This document shows, piece by piece, positions 53,660 through 54,894 of a stretch of DNA of 54,894 nt; the stretch's first letter is position 1, and every line of letters begins with the position of its first letter. Source of the stretch: Thraustochytrium aureum (Eukaryota). Location: assembly GCA_012862495.1 (NCBI GenBank), contig BLSG01000155.1, positions 9,833 through 64,726 of the forward strand. Direction: 5' to 3'. The notes below the pieces were generated by a model. The model worked only from the letters and a program-made list of their open reading frames with translations. It was not told the DNA's origin and ran no database searches. A program made the translations under genes and the position numbers.

Positions 53660-54894
53660 CCTGGCGAGACCCGCGACCTCGGCCACTCGAACGTGCGCTG
53701 GGCGCCTCTGGCTCGTCTCGCCGGTCGGGTCGAGCTTTGTGATTGGTGTCTGCTCTCTCTAGAGCTAGCTAGCTGAATTGCAAGACCTGGTCCGTTTTGA
53801 TTGATTGGGAGCAAAATCTCAGTCGAGTTCCGCATTGAGCGACTGTGGCGCAGAGAACCGTATGCGTTGCCAGGAGGTTGGCGCGTCTGACGCTCTGAGT
53901 ACTGCTTGGGTCAACTTGAGGATGGGTAAGCTTGCTGGGGCCAGCCTCGGTTGTAGAGGAGCGCGTGGCGAGGTCACCTCAAAAGTAGAAAAACGGGGAA
54001 GGGGAAATCAATCCGTTGTCAGGCTGGCTCAACCGCCATTTGTTTGGGGAGGGTGCACGACACGCCGTGGCGACGCTCGCTTTTCGAAGCGATACCGATC
54101 CGAATCAGAAGGCGAGGAAAAGCAAACGAGTTCCTCTGTAGGCTACTCGAATCCACATCTCACACACTGTGACGGGACCGGGCGGTGCTCTCTGAGCCTG
54201 CTCATGTACTAGCTTGTACCATGAGTTACGTCGTCGATGAACTTTCTGGGAGGCGGAGTCGGTCGGCGGCAGTTCGGCGACCGTCACATATCCGTTGACA
54301 CTTGTCATTATCAAAACAGGGTTTTCACTCTCGCGGCAGGGTCAGCGACGGGCTCTCGACGACACACTGCGCACGCTTAGTCCCCCCGCATCTGCTCGGT
54401 TTCCTGCTCTTCGGTTTCCTGTTCTGCGTTCTGCCAGCGATAAGGACAACCAGGCCGGGCTGCATTGCCGACAGTCTTGTCGTTCGGCGTTCCGTCGACA
54501 CCCATACCACAAACGTACAACAATCGGGCTTTGCTTTGTGGCCCAACGCCTCGACGGCATGAACCGACCAGCAGCCATCGAGAGTATTGACGACCGCTTG
54601 CGCCAGCTCGCGCTCGCGCTGACATCTTCTGCGAGCCGAGAACGAGACAAACAACCGAATTCGATTCGAGAAGCCTGCTTGCTCTCTTGAACGAGGCACG
54701 GCCGAAACCCGTGCCAGCCGTCCTCACGTCGCGCAGCGAGGTAAGCATCTTGCCGGGCCAACGCAAAGGGCGGCTCGGGGCGACGCTCGGCTCGCAGTGC
54801 ACGTCCGCCCAAATTGCCCCGAACGCTCGTACGCAGGCCCTCGTCCACGAAGCGCAGCAAGCCGAGCAAGGAGCCCGAACCGGCCACCCGAGGC

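Noticed and set aside
53780..54894. Overlapping 120-180 aa ORFs at the window end
   Set aside because: No recognisable domain or consistent coding frame. ORFs of this size are expected by chance at this GC content, although a truncated gene cannot be excluded.

Overview
A GC-rich, gene-dense, intron-poor eukaryotic scaffold segment from a flagellated protist. A stramenopile such as a labyrinthulomycete is plausible but is inference only. It has 13 N-gaps and many single-base frameshifts, mostly in homopolymer runs, that look like sequencing or assembly errors because they also interrupt essential genes. About 25 protein-coding genes are supported: a permuted papain-like (NlpC/P60) protein with a possible GOLD-like C-terminus, EFHC/Rib72, PECR-like SDR, WDR26/GID7, an intron-bearing flavodoxin-fold quinone reductase, an SPT small subunit, VPS54, a vault-repeat/SPFH-like protein, an M50B peptidase, an EEP enzyme, a HECT E3 ligase, an EF-hand/TPR protein, a VWD-mucin surface protein, a catalytically altered thiolase-like protein, a NYN(PIN)-KH ribonuclease head-to-head with RNase Z, CCDC24-like, an EF-hand protein, RPT6/PSMC5, a coiled-coil protein and an orphan 7TM protein. 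The spliceosomal introns I can define are GT-AG, 71-217 nt, with CTGAC/CTCAC branch-point-like motifs. The most intriguing element is a tandem array of three diverged paralogous membrane proteins (28.2-35.8 kb). Each is an internal two-fold repeat of a roughly 6-TM module, and all share one phase-0 intron after (D/E)FQ; I cannot assign them to a named family. Other candidates are the short MVP-like/SPFH protein, the NYN-KH/RNase Z pair, a thiolase-fold protein lacking its catalytic residues and ending in a PTS1-like SRM, a recurrent upstream CTAGCTAG(AG)n motif, and a 26-bp alternating tandem array upstream of RPT6. No rRNA, tRNA, CRISPR array or recognisable transposase was found. All family calls come from recalled motifs, not database searches.
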